64,000 nucleotides of DNA from Candidatus Lustribacter sp. (GCA_965277805.1 OZ255842.1:1984001-2048000); one strand, 5' to 3'; shown: positions 37,596 to 48,074, counted from the first letter of the stretch. Notes: generated by a model not told the origin, from the letters alone. A program made the numbers and translations.

Positions 37596-38318
37596 ATGAG
37601 AGTATGGGATAACTACTTAGCTGCCGAAGACGCCGCGACGCTCAAAGAGCGGCCGCATCAGGTGTGGGGTTTCGGACAGCGCCCGGCCTTGGTCTTGATC
37701 GATCTCTATCGTTGGGTTTTCGGCGATAGCCGCCCGGCGTCGGTGCTCGCCGCGATGCCGGACTGGCCCGGAACGTGCGGGCCCCAAGCCTGGGACGCGA
37801 TTCCGCACCTGCAGCGCGTGCTCGGCGCCGCGCGCGCAGCCGAAATCCCGATCGTCCACGTCACCGGCCTCCACCCGCTCGATTCCGGCGTGGCCGCCTG
37901 GTCGACGCGCGGCAAGAAAGAGACGGCGAGTCCCGATCCGGTGATGGCCGACCGGGTGCGCCGCCGTTTCGACATCATCGACGAGGTCGCGCCGCTGGAG
38001 GGCGAGGCGGTGCTGCGCAAGGCCGCACCGAGCGGCTTCTTCGGAACGCTGCTCATGTCGCACTTGCACGCGCACGACGTCGACGGCATCATCCTCGTCG
38101 GCGAGAGCACGAGCGGCTGCGTGCGCGCAACCTGCGTCGAAGGCCGGAGCTATCGTTTCAAAATGACCGTCGTTGAAGAATGCGTGTTCGACCGCCACAA
38201 GACGGCGCACGCGATGAACCTCTTCGACATGCATCAAAAATACGCCGACGTTCTCGGGGTCGACGAGGTCGTCGCGCATCTCGAGAAGATCACGGGTAAA
38301 ACCCCGGCGCATGCCTAG
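37596..38318 (+). CDS. Isochorismatase-family cysteine amidase (maleamate amidohydrolase-like)
   Basis: LIDLY, RKAAPSGF, TSGCVRAT (D-K-C triad), NLFDMHQKY. Confidence 0.9.
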   Translation: MRVWDNYLAAEDAATLKERPHQVWGFGQRPALVLIDLYRWVFGDSRPASVLAAMPDWPGTCGPQAWDAIPHLQRVLGAARAAEIPIVHVTGLHPLDSGVAAWSTRGKKETASPDPVMADRVRRRFDIIDEVAPLEGEAVLRKAAPSGFFGTLLMSHLHAHDVDGIILVGESTSGCVRATCVEGRSYRFKMTVVEECVFDRHKTAHAMNLFDMHQKYADVLGVDEVVAHLEKITGKTPAHA

Positions 38319-39153
38319 CGCGGTTGCGGCCCGCGCGCCTTCCGCGACCCTGCCCGCCGGCGGGACGTCGCGCAGTGAGCAGCGCCGCGCCGCGGCCCGC
38401 CGCCGGTCCGTTCAACGCGTCGCGATCACCATCGCATCGGTGATCGGCGGCCTCGCGATATGGGAGTACGTCGGGCTCTTCGTCGTCAAGAACACGCTCT
38501 TCTTGGCCACGCCGAGTTCCTCGCTGCTCGCGCTGGTCGACATGTGGCACCAGGGCGTGCTGCAAAAAGCAATTGTGATCAGCGGCGAGGAGTTCTTCAT
38601 CGGCTTCGCGATCGCCGTCGTGGCCGGCACGGTGATCGGCTTGCTCACCGCATCGTTCGAAGATCTCTCGCTCATCCTCACGCCGTGGATCTCGGGATTC
38701 TACGCATCGCCGATCGTCGCGCTCGCACCGCTGTTGATCCTGTGGTTCGGCGTGGGGATCTGGTCGAAGATCGCGGTCGTGATAAGCCTCGTCATCTTTC
38801 CGATGATCATTAACACCGAGACCGGCATCAAGCATGCCGATCCGCAGCTGGTCGAGGCCGCGCGGTCGTTCGGCGCGAGCAAAGCCCAGATTTTTGCGAA
38901 AGTATCGTTGCCGAGCGCGTCGCCGTACATCATCGCGGGCCTGCGCCTGGGCGTCGGGCGCGGCTTGATCGGCGTCGTGATCGGTGAACTCGCGGGTTCG
39001 CGCGGCGGGCTCGGCTACCTCATCAACAACGCAAGCCAGGTCTTCAACATGCCGCAACTCTTTGCCAGCGTCATCGTGCTCGCCACCGCCGGCATTTTGC
39101 TGACCGCCGGCTTCCAGTATCTCGAACGCAAGCTCGTGCCGTGGAACGCGTGA
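38311..39153 (+). CDS. ABC permease, SsuC/TauC type
   Basis: PIVALAPLLILWFG, LVEAARSFGA, GELAGSRGGLG. Confidence 0.92.
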   Translation: MPSAVAARAPSATLPAGGTSRSEQRRAAARRRSVQRVAITIASVIGGLAIWEYVGLFVVKNTLFLATPSSSLLALVDMWHQGVLQKAIVISGEEFFIGFAIAVVAGTVIGLLTASFEDLSLILTPWISGFYASPIVALAPLLILWFGVGIWSKIAVVISLVIFPMIINTETGIKHADPQLVEAARSFGASKAQIFAKVSLPSASPYIIAGLRLGVGRGLIGVVIGELAGSRGGLGYLINNASQVFNMPQLFASVIVLATAGILLTAGFQYLERKLVPWNA

Positions 39154-39950
39154 TCGAACCGAACCCGGCGGCGAAGCTCTCGGTTCGCGGGCTGACCAAA
39201 TACTACGACGATTTGGAAGTGCTCTCCGACATCGGCGTCGACGTCGGGGACGGCGAGTTCGTCAGCATCGTCGGTCCGAGCGGATGCGGCAAGACGACGT
39301 TCTTGCGCATCGTCGACGGCCTCGAGCCGTTCGATACCGGCGCCGTGTCGATCGACGGCCGCCGCGTCACGAGGCCGGGCCCCGACCGCGCGTTCGTCTT
39401 CCAGGCCGACTCGCTGCAACCGTGGCGCACGGTCTGGAGCAACGCCGCCATCGGACTCGAGATTCAAGGCCGGCTCACCGCCACCGAGCGCGAACGGCTG
39501 GCAGGCCTGCTGGAATTGGTCGGCCTCAAGGGTTTCGAGAAGTTTTATCCGCGCCAGCTTTCGGGCGGCATGCGGCAACGCGTCAACTTGGCGCGTGCGC
39601 TGGCTGTGCATCCGGAAGTTCTGCTGATGGACGAACCGTTCGCCGCGCTCGATGCGCAGACGCGCGAGATCATGCAAACGGAATTACTGCGCATCTGGTC
39701 CGCCGCCAAATCGACCGTACTGTTCATTACGCATCAAATCGACGAGGCCGTCTACCTCTCCGACCGCGTGCTGGTATTCGGGCGGCGCCCGGGCCGCATT
39801 CAGGAAGATATCACGATCGACTTGCCGCGGCCGCGCGAACCGTCGGTCAAGCGCACGCCGCAGTTCAGCGAATACGTCGGTCACATTTGGGGCCTGATCG
39901 AATCGGCGGTGCGCGAGAGCGTCATGGAAGAAACACTCATCCACCTCTAG
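39150..39950 (+). CDS. ABC ATP-binding protein, SsuB/TauB type
   Basis: GPSGCGKT, LSGGMRQR, MDEPFAALD; GTGA coupling. Confidence 0.93.
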   Translation: MIEPNPAAKLSVRGLTKYYDDLEVLSDIGVDVGDGEFVSIVGPSGCGKTTFLRIVDGLEPFDTGAVSIDGRRVTRPGPDRAFVFQADSLQPWRTVWSNAAIGLEIQGRLTATERERLAGLLELVGLKGFEKFYPRQLSGGMRQRVNLARALAVHPEVLLMDEPFAALDAQTREIMQTELLRIWSAAKSTVLFITHQIDEAVYLSDRVLVFGRRPGRIQEDITIDLPRPREPSVKRTPQFSEYVGHIWGLIESAVRESVMEETLIHL

Positions 39951-39959
39951 GAGCGTTGT

Positions 39960-40766
39960 TTGTCACATACCATTACGGAGTCGCGCCCGGTCGGCGCACG
40001 CGGCACCCCCGTGCAGATGTGCCGCCCCGACGGACCGGGGCCGTTCCCGTGCGTCATGCTGCTGCACGAGCGCTACGGCCTCGTCCAGCATACGGAAGAC
40101 CTCGCGCGCAAAATGAGCGCGGACGGTTTCGTCGTGTGCGCACCGGATTTGTTTTTCGCCTATCCCGACCAAACCGCGCTGCATGCGGGCTCGGTGGGCA
40201 TGAAGCCGAGCGATCCCGAGGTCCTCGCGCTCCTCGAAGACGCGTTTGCGCTCTTCGCGGACGTTCCCGGCGCCGACGCCTCACGCTTCGGCTTGATGGG
40301 CGTGTGTCAAACGGGGCGCTATCCGTTCGTGTGGGCCAACGCGCATCCGCTAACGGCGGCCGTCTCACTGTACGGCGCGGCGCAAGTCTCTGATTGGGAA
40401 GTAAACGCGCGCTTCCCGGTGGGCATGGGCGAACTCATCGCCGCGAGCAAGACCAACGTGCTCGGCATCTTCGGCGAAAAAGACCACGTCATTTCCTTCG
40501 ACGACATCATCCGCTTTCGCAACGCGCTCGAAGCCGCCGGCCTCAGCTACCAGATAACGGTCATACCCGACGTGCCGCACGGCTGGCTCAACGACACGAT
40601 GCCGGGACGCTACCGGCCGGTCGCCGCACAGCAAACGTGGGACGAGGTAATCGCCTTCCTCACCGGCGCGCTTATCACGGGCCGCGATCCATCGGTCATC
40701 GATTGGAAATTCACGGCCACCAAACACACCGACTACGACTTCACGAAAAACGTGCGAATGGAGTAG
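39960..40766 (+). CDS. Dienelactone hydrolase family protein
   Basis: HERYGL, APDLF, GVCQTG, PHGWLN; TTG after AGGAG. Confidence 0.85.
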   Translation: MSHTITESRPVGARGTPVQMCRPDGPGPFPCVMLLHERYGLVQHTEDLARKMSADGFVVCAPDLFFAYPDQTALHAGSVGMKPSDPEVLALLEDAFALFADVPGADASRFGLMGVCQTGRYPFVWANAHPLTAAVSLYGAAQVSDWEVNARFPVGMGELIAASKTNVLGIFGEKDHVISFDDIIRFRNALEAAGLSYQITVIPDVPHGWLNDTMPGRYRPVAAQQTWDEVIAFLTGALITGRDPSVIDWKFTATKHTDYDFTKNVRME

Positions 40767-40855
40767 GCGACGCCGCTTGCCCGAGGGACCACCGACCACG
40801 TTTCGCGCGCCTCTCGCGGCGGGAAAATGGATGCGGTCCAATGGGAGAGCGTCAA

Positions 40856-41335
40856 GTGAATCAAAGCACAGCAGGTACGCGCACCGACCCGTCCACGGAG
40901 TCGTCGCTCATTTCGAGCGATCGCATCGAAGGAAGCAAAGTGTTCGACCGTGCCGGGAAAGACATCGGCACGATCAAGAGCGTCAAGATCGACAAAGTCA
41001 GCGGACGCGTGGCGTATGCCGTCGCGGAATTCGGCGGTTTCCTCGGTATGGGAGGTCACGAATACACGATTCCGTGGCGCATGCTGAACTACGACACGAG
41101 CAAACGCGGCTTCGTCACCGATCTAACGAAGGAACAACTCGAAGGCGCTCCGGCCGCCAGCCGGCGCGATACCTACCGCGCAAGTGCCGGCGGTGTCGGC
41201 ACCGGCCGGCGCCCCGAGAACGACCCGGCCACGAGCACAATGCCGGATTCCGATCTCGACGACGACAACTGGGATCGCGGCCGCGAGCGCGAGCTCTACG
41301 ACTACTACGTCGTCGACTACTACTGGGTCGAGTAA
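40856..41335 (+). CDS. PRC-barrel domain protein
   Basis: LISSDRIEGSKV..IDKVSGRVAYAVAEFGGFLGMG..IPW. Confidence 0.9.
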   Translation: MNQSTAGTRTDPSTESSLISSDRIEGSKVFDRAGKDIGTIKSVKIDKVSGRVAYAVAEFGGFLGMGGHEYTIPWRMLNYDTSKRGFVTDLTKEQLEGAPAASRRDTYRASAGGVGTGRRPENDPATSTMPDSDLDDDNWDRGRERELYDYYVVDYYWVE

Positions 41336-41350
41336 ACCCCGGCGGTCGAG

Positions 41351-41386
41351 GAGCCGTGATCAAAAGTCACGGCTCTTTCTTTTTTT
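41351..41386 (+). terminator. Intrinsic terminator
   Basis: GAGCCGTGA-TCAAAAG-TCACGGCTC followed by TTTCTTTTTTT. Confidence 0.8.
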
Positions 41387-41744
41387 GCGACCGCGCCTGC
41401 GGACCGAATTCGGCCCGCAGCACCTCTTTTGCGTTCTCCAAAACCTTGCGCCGCTCGGGGCTGAGGTTTTTGCCGGCGCGGTTGATGTAAAAGGTCAGCA
41501 TCGACATCGCCGAGCGATAAGGCGTCGACTTCCGGCGCGTGGACCGCGCCGCGTCGTGCTCCACTGCCTCGGCGATTTTCTTCGCCGACCGCTGCTTGAA
41601 GACGTTGGGCTCGAGGTCCATCGCGTCGCTCGTCTCGGTGACGTGCTGCGACCACCGCGCCGGCGTTTTCTTCGCTGACGTTTTCTTCACCGATGTTTTC
41701 TTGGCCGGCGATGACTTCTTCGACGGCGACTTCTTTGCAGCCAT
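41367..41744 (-). CDS. DUF3175-like small basic protein
   Basis: WSQHVTETSDAMDLEPNVF, SAMSMLTFYINRAGKNL. Confidence 0.85.
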   Translation of the reverse strand: MAAKKSPSKKSSPAKKTSVKKTSAKKTPARWSQHVTETSDAMDLEPNVFKQRSAKKIAEAVEHDAARSTRRKSTPYRSAMSMLTFYINRAGKNLSPERRKVLENAKEVLRAEFGPQARSQKKKEP

Positions 41745-41856
41745 AGTAACCATTTTCGTACCCGCGCACGCCCGCCGGCAGTCCCGCTTGGAAGGGCCCC
41801 GGGCATCCGGCCCCCCGGCCAGGGAGTCGGCCGGGCCGCGCGGGAAGGGACTGATT

Positions 41857-43647
41857 ATGACTACGACGCGAACTGAAACGCCGAAGGCGACCGACATGGC
41901 ATGGGGCAGCGACGCCGTCGCCGCCGTGATCCGCGCGCTGGATATCAAATACGCCGCGCTCGTGCCGGGCGCGAGCTATCGCGGCTTGCACGACAGCATC
42001 GTCAACTATCTCGGCAACGAGAACCCGCAGATGCTGCTGTGCCTGCACGAAGAACATTCGGTCGCGATCGCGCAAGGCTACGCGAAGATCACCGGCAAGC
42101 CGATGCTCGCCGTGATTCACAGCAACGTCGGCCTCATGCACGCGTCGATGGCGATCTTCAACACGTGGGTCGATCGCGCACCGGTGCTGATCCTCGGCGC
42201 GAACGGGCCGCTCGATGCGCAGAAGCGCCGCCCGTGGATCGACTGGATCCACACCACGCAAGACATGGGCGATCTCTGCCGCAACTTCACGAAGTGGGAC
42301 GATACCCCGCACTCGCCCGGCGCCGCCGTCGACTCGATCCTGCGCGCCTACCAGATTGCGTCGACGCTACCGAAGGGTCCGGCCATCGTCTTCCTCGATG
42401 CAGAAGTGCAAGAACAGAAACTCGGCGCGCCGATCGCAATCCCGCCGGTCGCAAAATACGCGCCGCCGGATGAACCCGCACCGACGCCCGCCGACGTGAA
42501 ACGCGTTCTCGCCGCGCTCAAGGGCGCAAAGCATCCGGTCATCCTCGCCGGCCGCGGCGCCCGCTCGATCGAAGCGTGGGACGCGCGCGTCGCGCTCGCC
42601 GAAGCGTTGAACGCCGGCGTCATCACGCAATCGCTCACCGGCGCAACGTTTCCCTCGAATCATCCGCTGCATCTCGGCCAAGCGCGCTCGAAGGCCGCCA
42701 CCGCCGCCTTGCGCGACGCCGACGTGATCCTCAATCTCGACAGCGTCGACTTCGGCGGCACGATCAAATCCGTCAGCGCCGGCAAACCCCTCGCGGGCAC
42801 GATGATCAGCGCGTCGATCGACCGCTACGCGCATCGCGGCTGGAACATGGACTACCAGAGCTTGCCGGCACTCGACATCGACCTCGCCGCGCCACCCGAC
42901 GCGCTGGTCGCGTGTCTGCTCGCCGAACTCGGCAATCCGAAACCGAAACCTGCGATCAGCAACGGCGCGTCCCACACTCCGAAGAAAACGAACGGCAGCA
43001 CGGGTTCGGTCATCGGCATCGATGAGTTCTCGGATGCGATGAGCACCGCGTTCGCGGGCATGGAAGTCTGCTTCACACGGCTCCCGCTCGGCGTCAACGA
43101 AGCCGACTTCATCTTCACGAGCCCGTTCGATTACATCGGCGGCGACGGCGGCGGCGGCATCGGCAGCGGTCTCGGCATCGCCGTCGGCGCGGCGCTCGCG
43201 CTGCGCGACACGTCGCGCCTGCCGGTGTGCATCACCGGCGACGGCGATTTCCTGATGGGCAACACCGCGCTCTGGACGGCCGTCCAAAGCAAGATCCCGC
43301 TGCTCGTCATCGTCGCCAACAATCGCTCGTACTTCAACGACGAAGTACACCAGGAGCGCATGGCCGTCGTCCGCAGCCGCCCGGTCGAACGCAAATGGAT
43401 CGGTCAGCGCATCGACGATCCGCCGCCCGACATGGCCGGCTTCGCCAAAGCCCAAGGCGCCATCGGCATCGGCCCCATCACCGAACGCAGCGAAATCGCC
43501 GCCGCCGTTGCCGAAGGCATCAAGCACGTCAAAGCAGGCAAGGTCTGCGTCATCGACGTCATCGTGCGCCCCGAATACTCCGCCAACACCGGCCCCGACG
43601 TCCAAGCCGTCCCCTCAGCCCGAACCATCGAAGAACGCGGCTCATAA
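41857..43647 (+). CDS. Thiamine pyrophosphate-dependent enzyme (ALS/benzoylformate decarboxylase superfamily)
   Basis: CLHEEHSVAIAQGYA, GDGDFLM..NNRSY TPP motif. Confidence 0.92.
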   Translation: MTTTRTETPKATDMAWGSDAVAAVIRALDIKYAALVPGASYRGLHDSIVNYLGNENPQMLLCLHEEHSVAIAQGYAKITGKPMLAVIHSNVGLMHASMAIFNTWVDRAPVLILGANGPLDAQKRRPWIDWIHTTQDMGDLCRNFTKWDDTPHSPGAAVDSILRAYQIASTLPKGPAIVFLDAEVQEQKLGAPIAIPPVAKYAPPDEPAPTPADVKRVLAALKGAKHPVILAGRGARSIEAWDARVALAEALNAGVITQSLTGATFPSNHPLHLGQARSKAATAALRDADVILNLDSVDFGGTIKSVSAGKPLAGTMISASIDRYAHRGWNMDYQSLPALDIDLAAPPDALVACLLAELGNPKPKPAISNGASHTPKKTNGSTGSVIGIDEFSDAMSTAFAGMEVCFTRLPLGVNEADFIFTSPFDYIGGDGGGGIGSGLGIAVGAALALRDTSRLPVCITGDGDFLMGNTALWTAVQSKIPLLVIVANNRSYFNDEVHQERMAVVRSRPVERKWIGQRIDDPPPDMAGFAKAQGAIGIGPITERSEIAAAVAEGIKHVKAGKVCVIDVIVRPEYSANTGPDVQAVPSARTIEERGS

Positions 43648-43651
43648 CAAA

Positions 43652-43674
43652 TGTCACCCCGAGCTTGACGAGGG
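43652..43674 (+). repeat. REP-like extragenic element, copy 1
   Basis: TGTCACCCCGAGCTTGACGAGGG, near-identical to 48075-48098. Confidence 0.65.
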
Positions 43675-43688
43675 TCGCCCCAACCGAC

Positions 43689-44435
43689 CTACTTGGGCGC
43701 ATGCGCGTCCGCCTCAGCCGCAATCCGGTTCAACGCCTTCGTGCGAAACAACAACCACGGCCGCGAAAACTCTTGCCGCTTCTGCACCGCCGCAACTTCC
43801 GCATCATCCAGAGTAACGACCCGCCCGCCGGGCCCCGCCATCAACATCGCCTGCTGCAACTGCTTGGCCGCGAGCTCGAGATAAATACTCCGCGCCACAA
43901 CGGTCGCAATATCCGCGGCAACGACAACGGCCCCATGCCCACGCATCAATGCCGCGGGCTTATCCCCCACAACCCCCGCCAACGCGACGCCCAGCGATTG
44001 CGAAAGAATGCGCATATCACCCGACGGCTGGAAATCGCGAATCTCAAACGTCGGCACCCCCAACCCGATAAACGACGTCACCGCCGACAACGGCTTGAGC
44101 TTGACAACCGGCGTGATGGAAAACGGCACGACCGTGGGCGAATGATTGTGCACCACCGCATTCACGTCAGGCCGGCTGCGATACATCTCGCCGTGAATGA
44201 AGCGCTCCGAATACAGCGCCCGTCCCTGGCCATCCACCGGCTCGCTGTCGAGCGTGAACTCCATGATATCGTCGATGGTAACGAGCTCCGGCGCCAAAGC
44301 TCGCGAAAGAAAGTACCGGTCGGGACGCGCCGGAGAGCGCATGCTTACGTGGCCGTAAGCGTCGAGAATTCCGTGCTCCGCAAGTGTCCGATACGCCACC
44401 ACCAAGTCCAGACCGTCGTCCACGTGCTGCTCCAT
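43689..44435 (-). CDS. Class II aldolase/adducin family protein
   Basis: DAYGHVS, YSERFIH, VVHNHS, LMRGHG. Confidence 0.92.
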   Translation of the reverse strand: MEQHVDDGLDLVVAYRTLAEHGILDAYGHVSMRSPARPDRYFLSRALAPELVTIDDIMEFTLDSEPVDGQGRALYSERFIHGEMYRSRPDVNAVVHNHSPTVVPFSITPVVKLKPLSAVTSFIGLGVPTFEIRDFQPSGDMRILSQSLGVALAGVVGDKPAALMRGHGAVVVAADIATVVARSIYLELAAKQLQQAMLMAGPGGRVVTLDDAEVAAVQKRQEFSRPWLLFRTKALNRIAAEADAHAPK

Positions 44436-44653
44436 ACGCTCGAGGACTTACCCCGCCGCACCGGCGCAACCTCTCCCCCCAGCTTGCAGCGATACGCCGC
44501 GCAGCGTAGGAATGTTCTGCAGAAGACTCGCGCATTCCAAGCATCATTTCTACGCCTCGCGTACGCGTTCGGACAAATGGCTCGACGCGCCGGATAAGGC
44601 TCGTGCATTTGCCTCTGGAACAAAGCGATGTCGTCCGCTAGTCTGAACGAACG

Positions 44654-45427
44654 ATGCTCGAACTGGCCGGCGTTGCTAAAACATTCGAAACCCGGCGCGG
44701 CGAAGCCGTCGTCGCGCTGGCTCCGGTTTCGCTAGCAATCGAGCGCGGAACGTTTCTCGCGATCCTCGGGCCGAGCGGTTGCGGCAAGTCAACAATCTTC
44801 AACATCATTGCCGGACTCGAAATGCCGAGCGCCGGACGCGTCACGCTCGACGGAACGTCGATTCTCGGAATGAGCGGCGTGGTTTCGTACATGCTGCAGA
44901 AAGATCTGCTGCTGCCGTGGCGCAGCATCATCGATAACGTCGTGCTCGGCATGGAGATCGACGGCGTGCCGCGCGCCGAAGCGCGTGCCCGCGCGCTGCC
45001 GCTCCTTGCGCGCTATGGGCTGGGCGGGTTCGAGCACCGCTATCCGGCCGAGCTTTCGGGCGGCATGCGTCAGCGCGCCGCGTTGTTGCGCACGATGCTG
45101 TGCGATCGCGACGTGGTTCTCCTGGATGAGCCGTTCGCTGCGCTCGACGCGCAGACGCGCGCCGACATGCAAGAATGGTTGCTCGACGTGTGGGACGACT
45201 TCAAGAAAACGGTCATCTTCGTGACGCACGATGTCGATGAAGCGGTCTACCTCTCGGACGAGATCGCGACGATGTCGGCCCGGCCGGGACGAATCATCGA
45301 ACGCCTCACGATCGAGTTGTCGCGCCCGCGCAAGCGCTCCGTCGTGACCACCTCGGCCTTCACGGCCTACAAAGAGCATTTTCTCGCGCTCCTGCACCGC
45401 CCCGCCGAAGCGCTGCTCGCTTCATGA
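44654..45427 (+). CDS. ABC ATP-binding protein, SsuB/TauB type
   Basis: GPSGCGKS, LSGGMRQR, LDEPFAALD, VTHDVDEA. Confidence 0.93.
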   Translation: MLELAGVAKTFETRRGEAVVALAPVSLAIERGTFLAILGPSGCGKSTIFNIIAGLEMPSAGRVTLDGTSILGMSGVVSYMLQKDLLLPWRSIIDNVVLGMEIDGVPRAEARARALPLLARYGLGGFEHRYPAELSGGMRQRAALLRTMLCDRDVVLLDEPFAALDAQTRADMQEWLLDVWDDFKKTVIFVTHDVDEAVYLSDEIATMSARPGRIIERLTIELSRPRKRSVVTTSAFTAYKEHFLALLHRPAEALLAS

Positions 45428-46290
45428 GCGCCGATATCACCGAACTTGCGCCGCCGGTCGCCGCGGCGCCGCGCGCTGCGGCCCGCATAAAGTTGCGGCG
45501 CGTTTACCGCGCCACCTCACCCGCCGCGTGGTCGGTGATGGCCGGCCGGATTGCCATCGCCGTCGGCGTCTTGGCACTCTGGGAAGCGCTCGCGCGCCTG
45601 CACGTGATCAACCCGTTCTTGTGGAGCCAGCCGTCGCTGATCGCGGTGGAGTTCTGGCGCACGCTGCGCAGCGGATCGCTCTACGAGGACGCGTCCTTCA
45701 CGTTCACCGCCACGATCATCGGTTTCGTGATCGGCACCATCTCGGGATCCGCGATCGGCCTCTCGTTCTGGTGGTCGACCTGGTATGCGAAGGTGATGGA
45801 GCCCTTCCTGATCGTGTTCGAGGGCATGCCGAAACTCGCACTCGCACCGATCGTTGTGCTCGTGCTCGGCATCGGAATCGCATCGAAGATCGGCATGGCG
45901 GTCGCGCTCACGATCGTGATCAGCGCGTTGACGACGTATTCCGGGATGCGCGCGGTCGACCGCGATCTCGTGCGGCTGGTCTTCTCGCTCGGAGCCACAC
46001 GCTGGCAAGTGTTCAGCAAAGTCATCCTGCCCGGCACGTTCCCGGCGATTCTCTCGGCAATGCGGATCAACATCGGCCTGGCGCTCGCGGGCGCGATCGT
46101 CGGCGAGTTCATCGGCTCGCAACACGGCCTCGGCCGCTCGATCGACTACGCCGGGCAGACCTACAACATCGCGCTCATCTGGTCGGGCGTGTTCACGCTC
46201 TCACTGCTTTCGGTTGCGCTCTACATCGTAACGACGTGGCTCGAGAACACGCTCTTACGGCGCTTCTTTCACACGCACACTTCCCGATAG
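45424..46290 (+). CDS. ABC permease, SsuC/TauC type
   Basis: MPKLALAPI, SLGATRWQ, GEFIGSQHGLG. Confidence 0.92.
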   Translation: MSADITELAPPVAAAPRAAARIKLRRVYRATSPAAWSVMAGRIAIAVGVLALWEALARLHVINPFLWSQPSLIAVEFWRTLRSGSLYEDASFTFTATIIGFVIGTISGSAIGLSFWWSTWYAKVMEPFLIVFEGMPKLALAPIVVLVLGIGIASKIGMAVALTIVISALTTYSGMRAVDRDLVRLVFSLGATRWQVFSKVILPGTFPAILSAMRINIGLALAGAIVGEFIGSQHGLGRSIDYAGQTYNIALIWSGVFTLSLLSVALYIVTTWLENTLLRRFFHTHTSR

Positions 46291-46298
46291 GAGACGCC

Positions 46299-47276
46299 AT
46301 GCGTCGCGGCCCCTTCCTTCGCACGTCCGGCTCGGCTGCCGCTCTCGGCACGCTCGGCTTCCCGGCCATCGTGCGCGCCGCCGGCAAGCCGATCCTCATC
46401 GCCGAGCCGCAGCACGGCATCGGCTATCTGCCGCTCTACGTCGGGATCCGCAACAACTCGTTCGCCGGGCTCAACGTCTCGACGATCACGCTCGCAAGCT
46501 CGGGTTCGGAGCACACCAACGCAGTGCTCTCGGGTCAGGCCTGGGGCTTCATCGGCGGCCCCGAGCACAACGCGTACGCCGACGTGAAGGGCGCCAACCT
46601 GCGCGCGATCTGCAACGTGGTCAACCGCAACAACAACTACTTCGTCGCCGCCAAAGGCCTCTCACCGGGCAAGGACCTCAAAACGTTCTTGCACGGCAAA
46701 CGCATCGCCGTTTCCAGCTACGGCGGCACGCCCAACTCCACGATTCGCTACCTGCTCAAAAAATTCAACATGGACGCGACCAAAGACGTGACGCTGATGG
46801 AAGTCACCACCGCCGCCATCGGCGCCACCGTCGCGCAAGGCCAGGCCGATATCGGCGTGATGAACGAACCGATGATTTCGCGCGGCGTCGAAGCGGGGCA
46901 ATGGGGCGAGCCCTTCTGGAACGGCGCGCGCGTCTTCGGACCGTACGCCTACTCGACCATCAACGTCGCCCAGCAGTCGATCACGTCCGACCCGGCGACG
47001 GCGCGGGCCTTCGTCGCCGGCATGAAAAAGGCGCTCGCCTTCGTGCGCGACCACCAAGCCGAAACGCTCGCAATTGCCGCCAAGGAATTTCCCGACATGT
47101 CGCCGACCGATCTCAAGACGTCGATGGCGCGCACGTATGCCGATCAGCTCTGGGAGTGGACCGGCAAGATCACGCCCGACTCGGTCAAGACCGCCGAAGC
47201 GGTCGTCATCGCGGCGGGCCTGCTCACCTCAGAAGTCCCTTACCAGGAAATCGTCGACCCCCAATTCTTCTCTTAA
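46299..47276 (+). CDS. ABC substrate-binding protein, NMT1/SsuA type
   Basis: AGGAG RBS; MRRGPFL Tat-like signal; YLPLYV, GKRIAV. Confidence 0.88.
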   Translation: MRRGPFLRTSGSAAALGTLGFPAIVRAAGKPILIAEPQHGIGYLPLYVGIRNNSFAGLNVSTITLASSGSEHTNAVLSGQAWGFIGGPEHNAYADVKGANLRAICNVVNRNNNYFVAAKGLSPGKDLKTFLHGKRIAVSSYGGTPNSTIRYLLKKFNMDATKDVTLMEVTTAAIGATVAQGQADIGVMNEPMISRGVEAGQWGEPFWNGARVFGPYAYSTINVAQQSITSDPATARAFVAGMKKALAFVRDHQAETLAIAAKEFPDMSPTDLKTSMARTYADQLWEWTGKITPDSVKTAEAVVIAAGLLTSEVPYQEIVDPQFFS

Positions 47277-47303
47277 CGCGAATAACGCGAAAGGATCCGT
47301 AGC

Positions 47304-48062
47304 ATGGCCGTCTGGGACAAGTTCCTTACCGAAAGCGATCGTCAGGTGTATGCAGCCTCGGGCTACGGAGCGCGGACCGGCGTCGGCTCGCGCCCGGCCG
47401 TGCTGATCGTCGACGTGAACTACGCGTTCACCGGCGACGCGAACGTGCCGATTCTCGAATCGGTGAAAACGTGGCGCAACAGCTGCGGATCGTCGGGCTG
47501 GGCTGCGATCGAACCCACGCAACGGCTCCTCGCCGCCGCGCGCGCGAACCACATCCCGGTCTTCTTCAGCACCGGCGTCGACTCGCGCCCCGACGGCTTC
47601 GATCGCGGCGGCTGGGCGCACAAGAACCGCCGCTCGGGCGAAGATCGGCCCGTCACGCCCACGCCGGTGCGCGGCAACGACATCGTCAAAGACATCGCCC
47701 CCCTGCCGCACGAGATCGTGATCGAAAAGCTCAAACCGAGCCCGTTCAACGGGACGCCGCTTCCCGGCTTCCTCGTCGATCTCGGCGTCGACACGCTGAT
47801 CGTCACCGGCACCACGACCTCGGGCTGCGTGCGCGCCGCGGTCGTCGACGCGTTCTCGCTCAACTACAAGATCTCGATCGTCGAGGAGTGCACGTTCGAC
47901 CGCTTCGAGAGCTCGCACGCGATGAGCCTGTTCGACATGCAAGCAAAATACTGCGACGTCATCGGCATCGGCGAAGCCGTCTCATACCTCGGCGAAATCG
48001 GCCCCGGCCTCTACGACGACAAAATCACCTTCGCCGACGTACGCGAGCCCGTCTCCGTATAG
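47304..48062 (+). CDS. Isochorismatase-family cysteine amidase (maleamate amidohydrolase-like)
   Basis: IVDVNY, EKLKPS, TTSGCVRA, SLFDMQAKY. Confidence 0.92.
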   Translation: MAVWDKFLTESDRQVYAASGYGARTGVGSRPAVLIVDVNYAFTGDANVPILESVKTWRNSCGSSGWAAIEPTQRLLAAARANHIPVFFSTGVDSRPDGFDRGGWAHKNRRSGEDRPVTPTPVRGNDIVKDIAPLPHEIVIEKLKPSPFNGTPLPGFLVDLGVDTLIVTGTTTSGCVRAAVVDAFSLNYKISIVEECTFDRFESSHAMSLFDMQAKYCDVIGIGEAVSYLGEIGPGLYDDKITFADVREPVSV

Positions 48063-48074
48063 CGCCCTGTCATT

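Noticed and set aside
45528..46298. 582-aa ORF upstream extension
   Set aside because: Out-of-frame overlap with the permease; the SBP starts at 46299 after AGGAG
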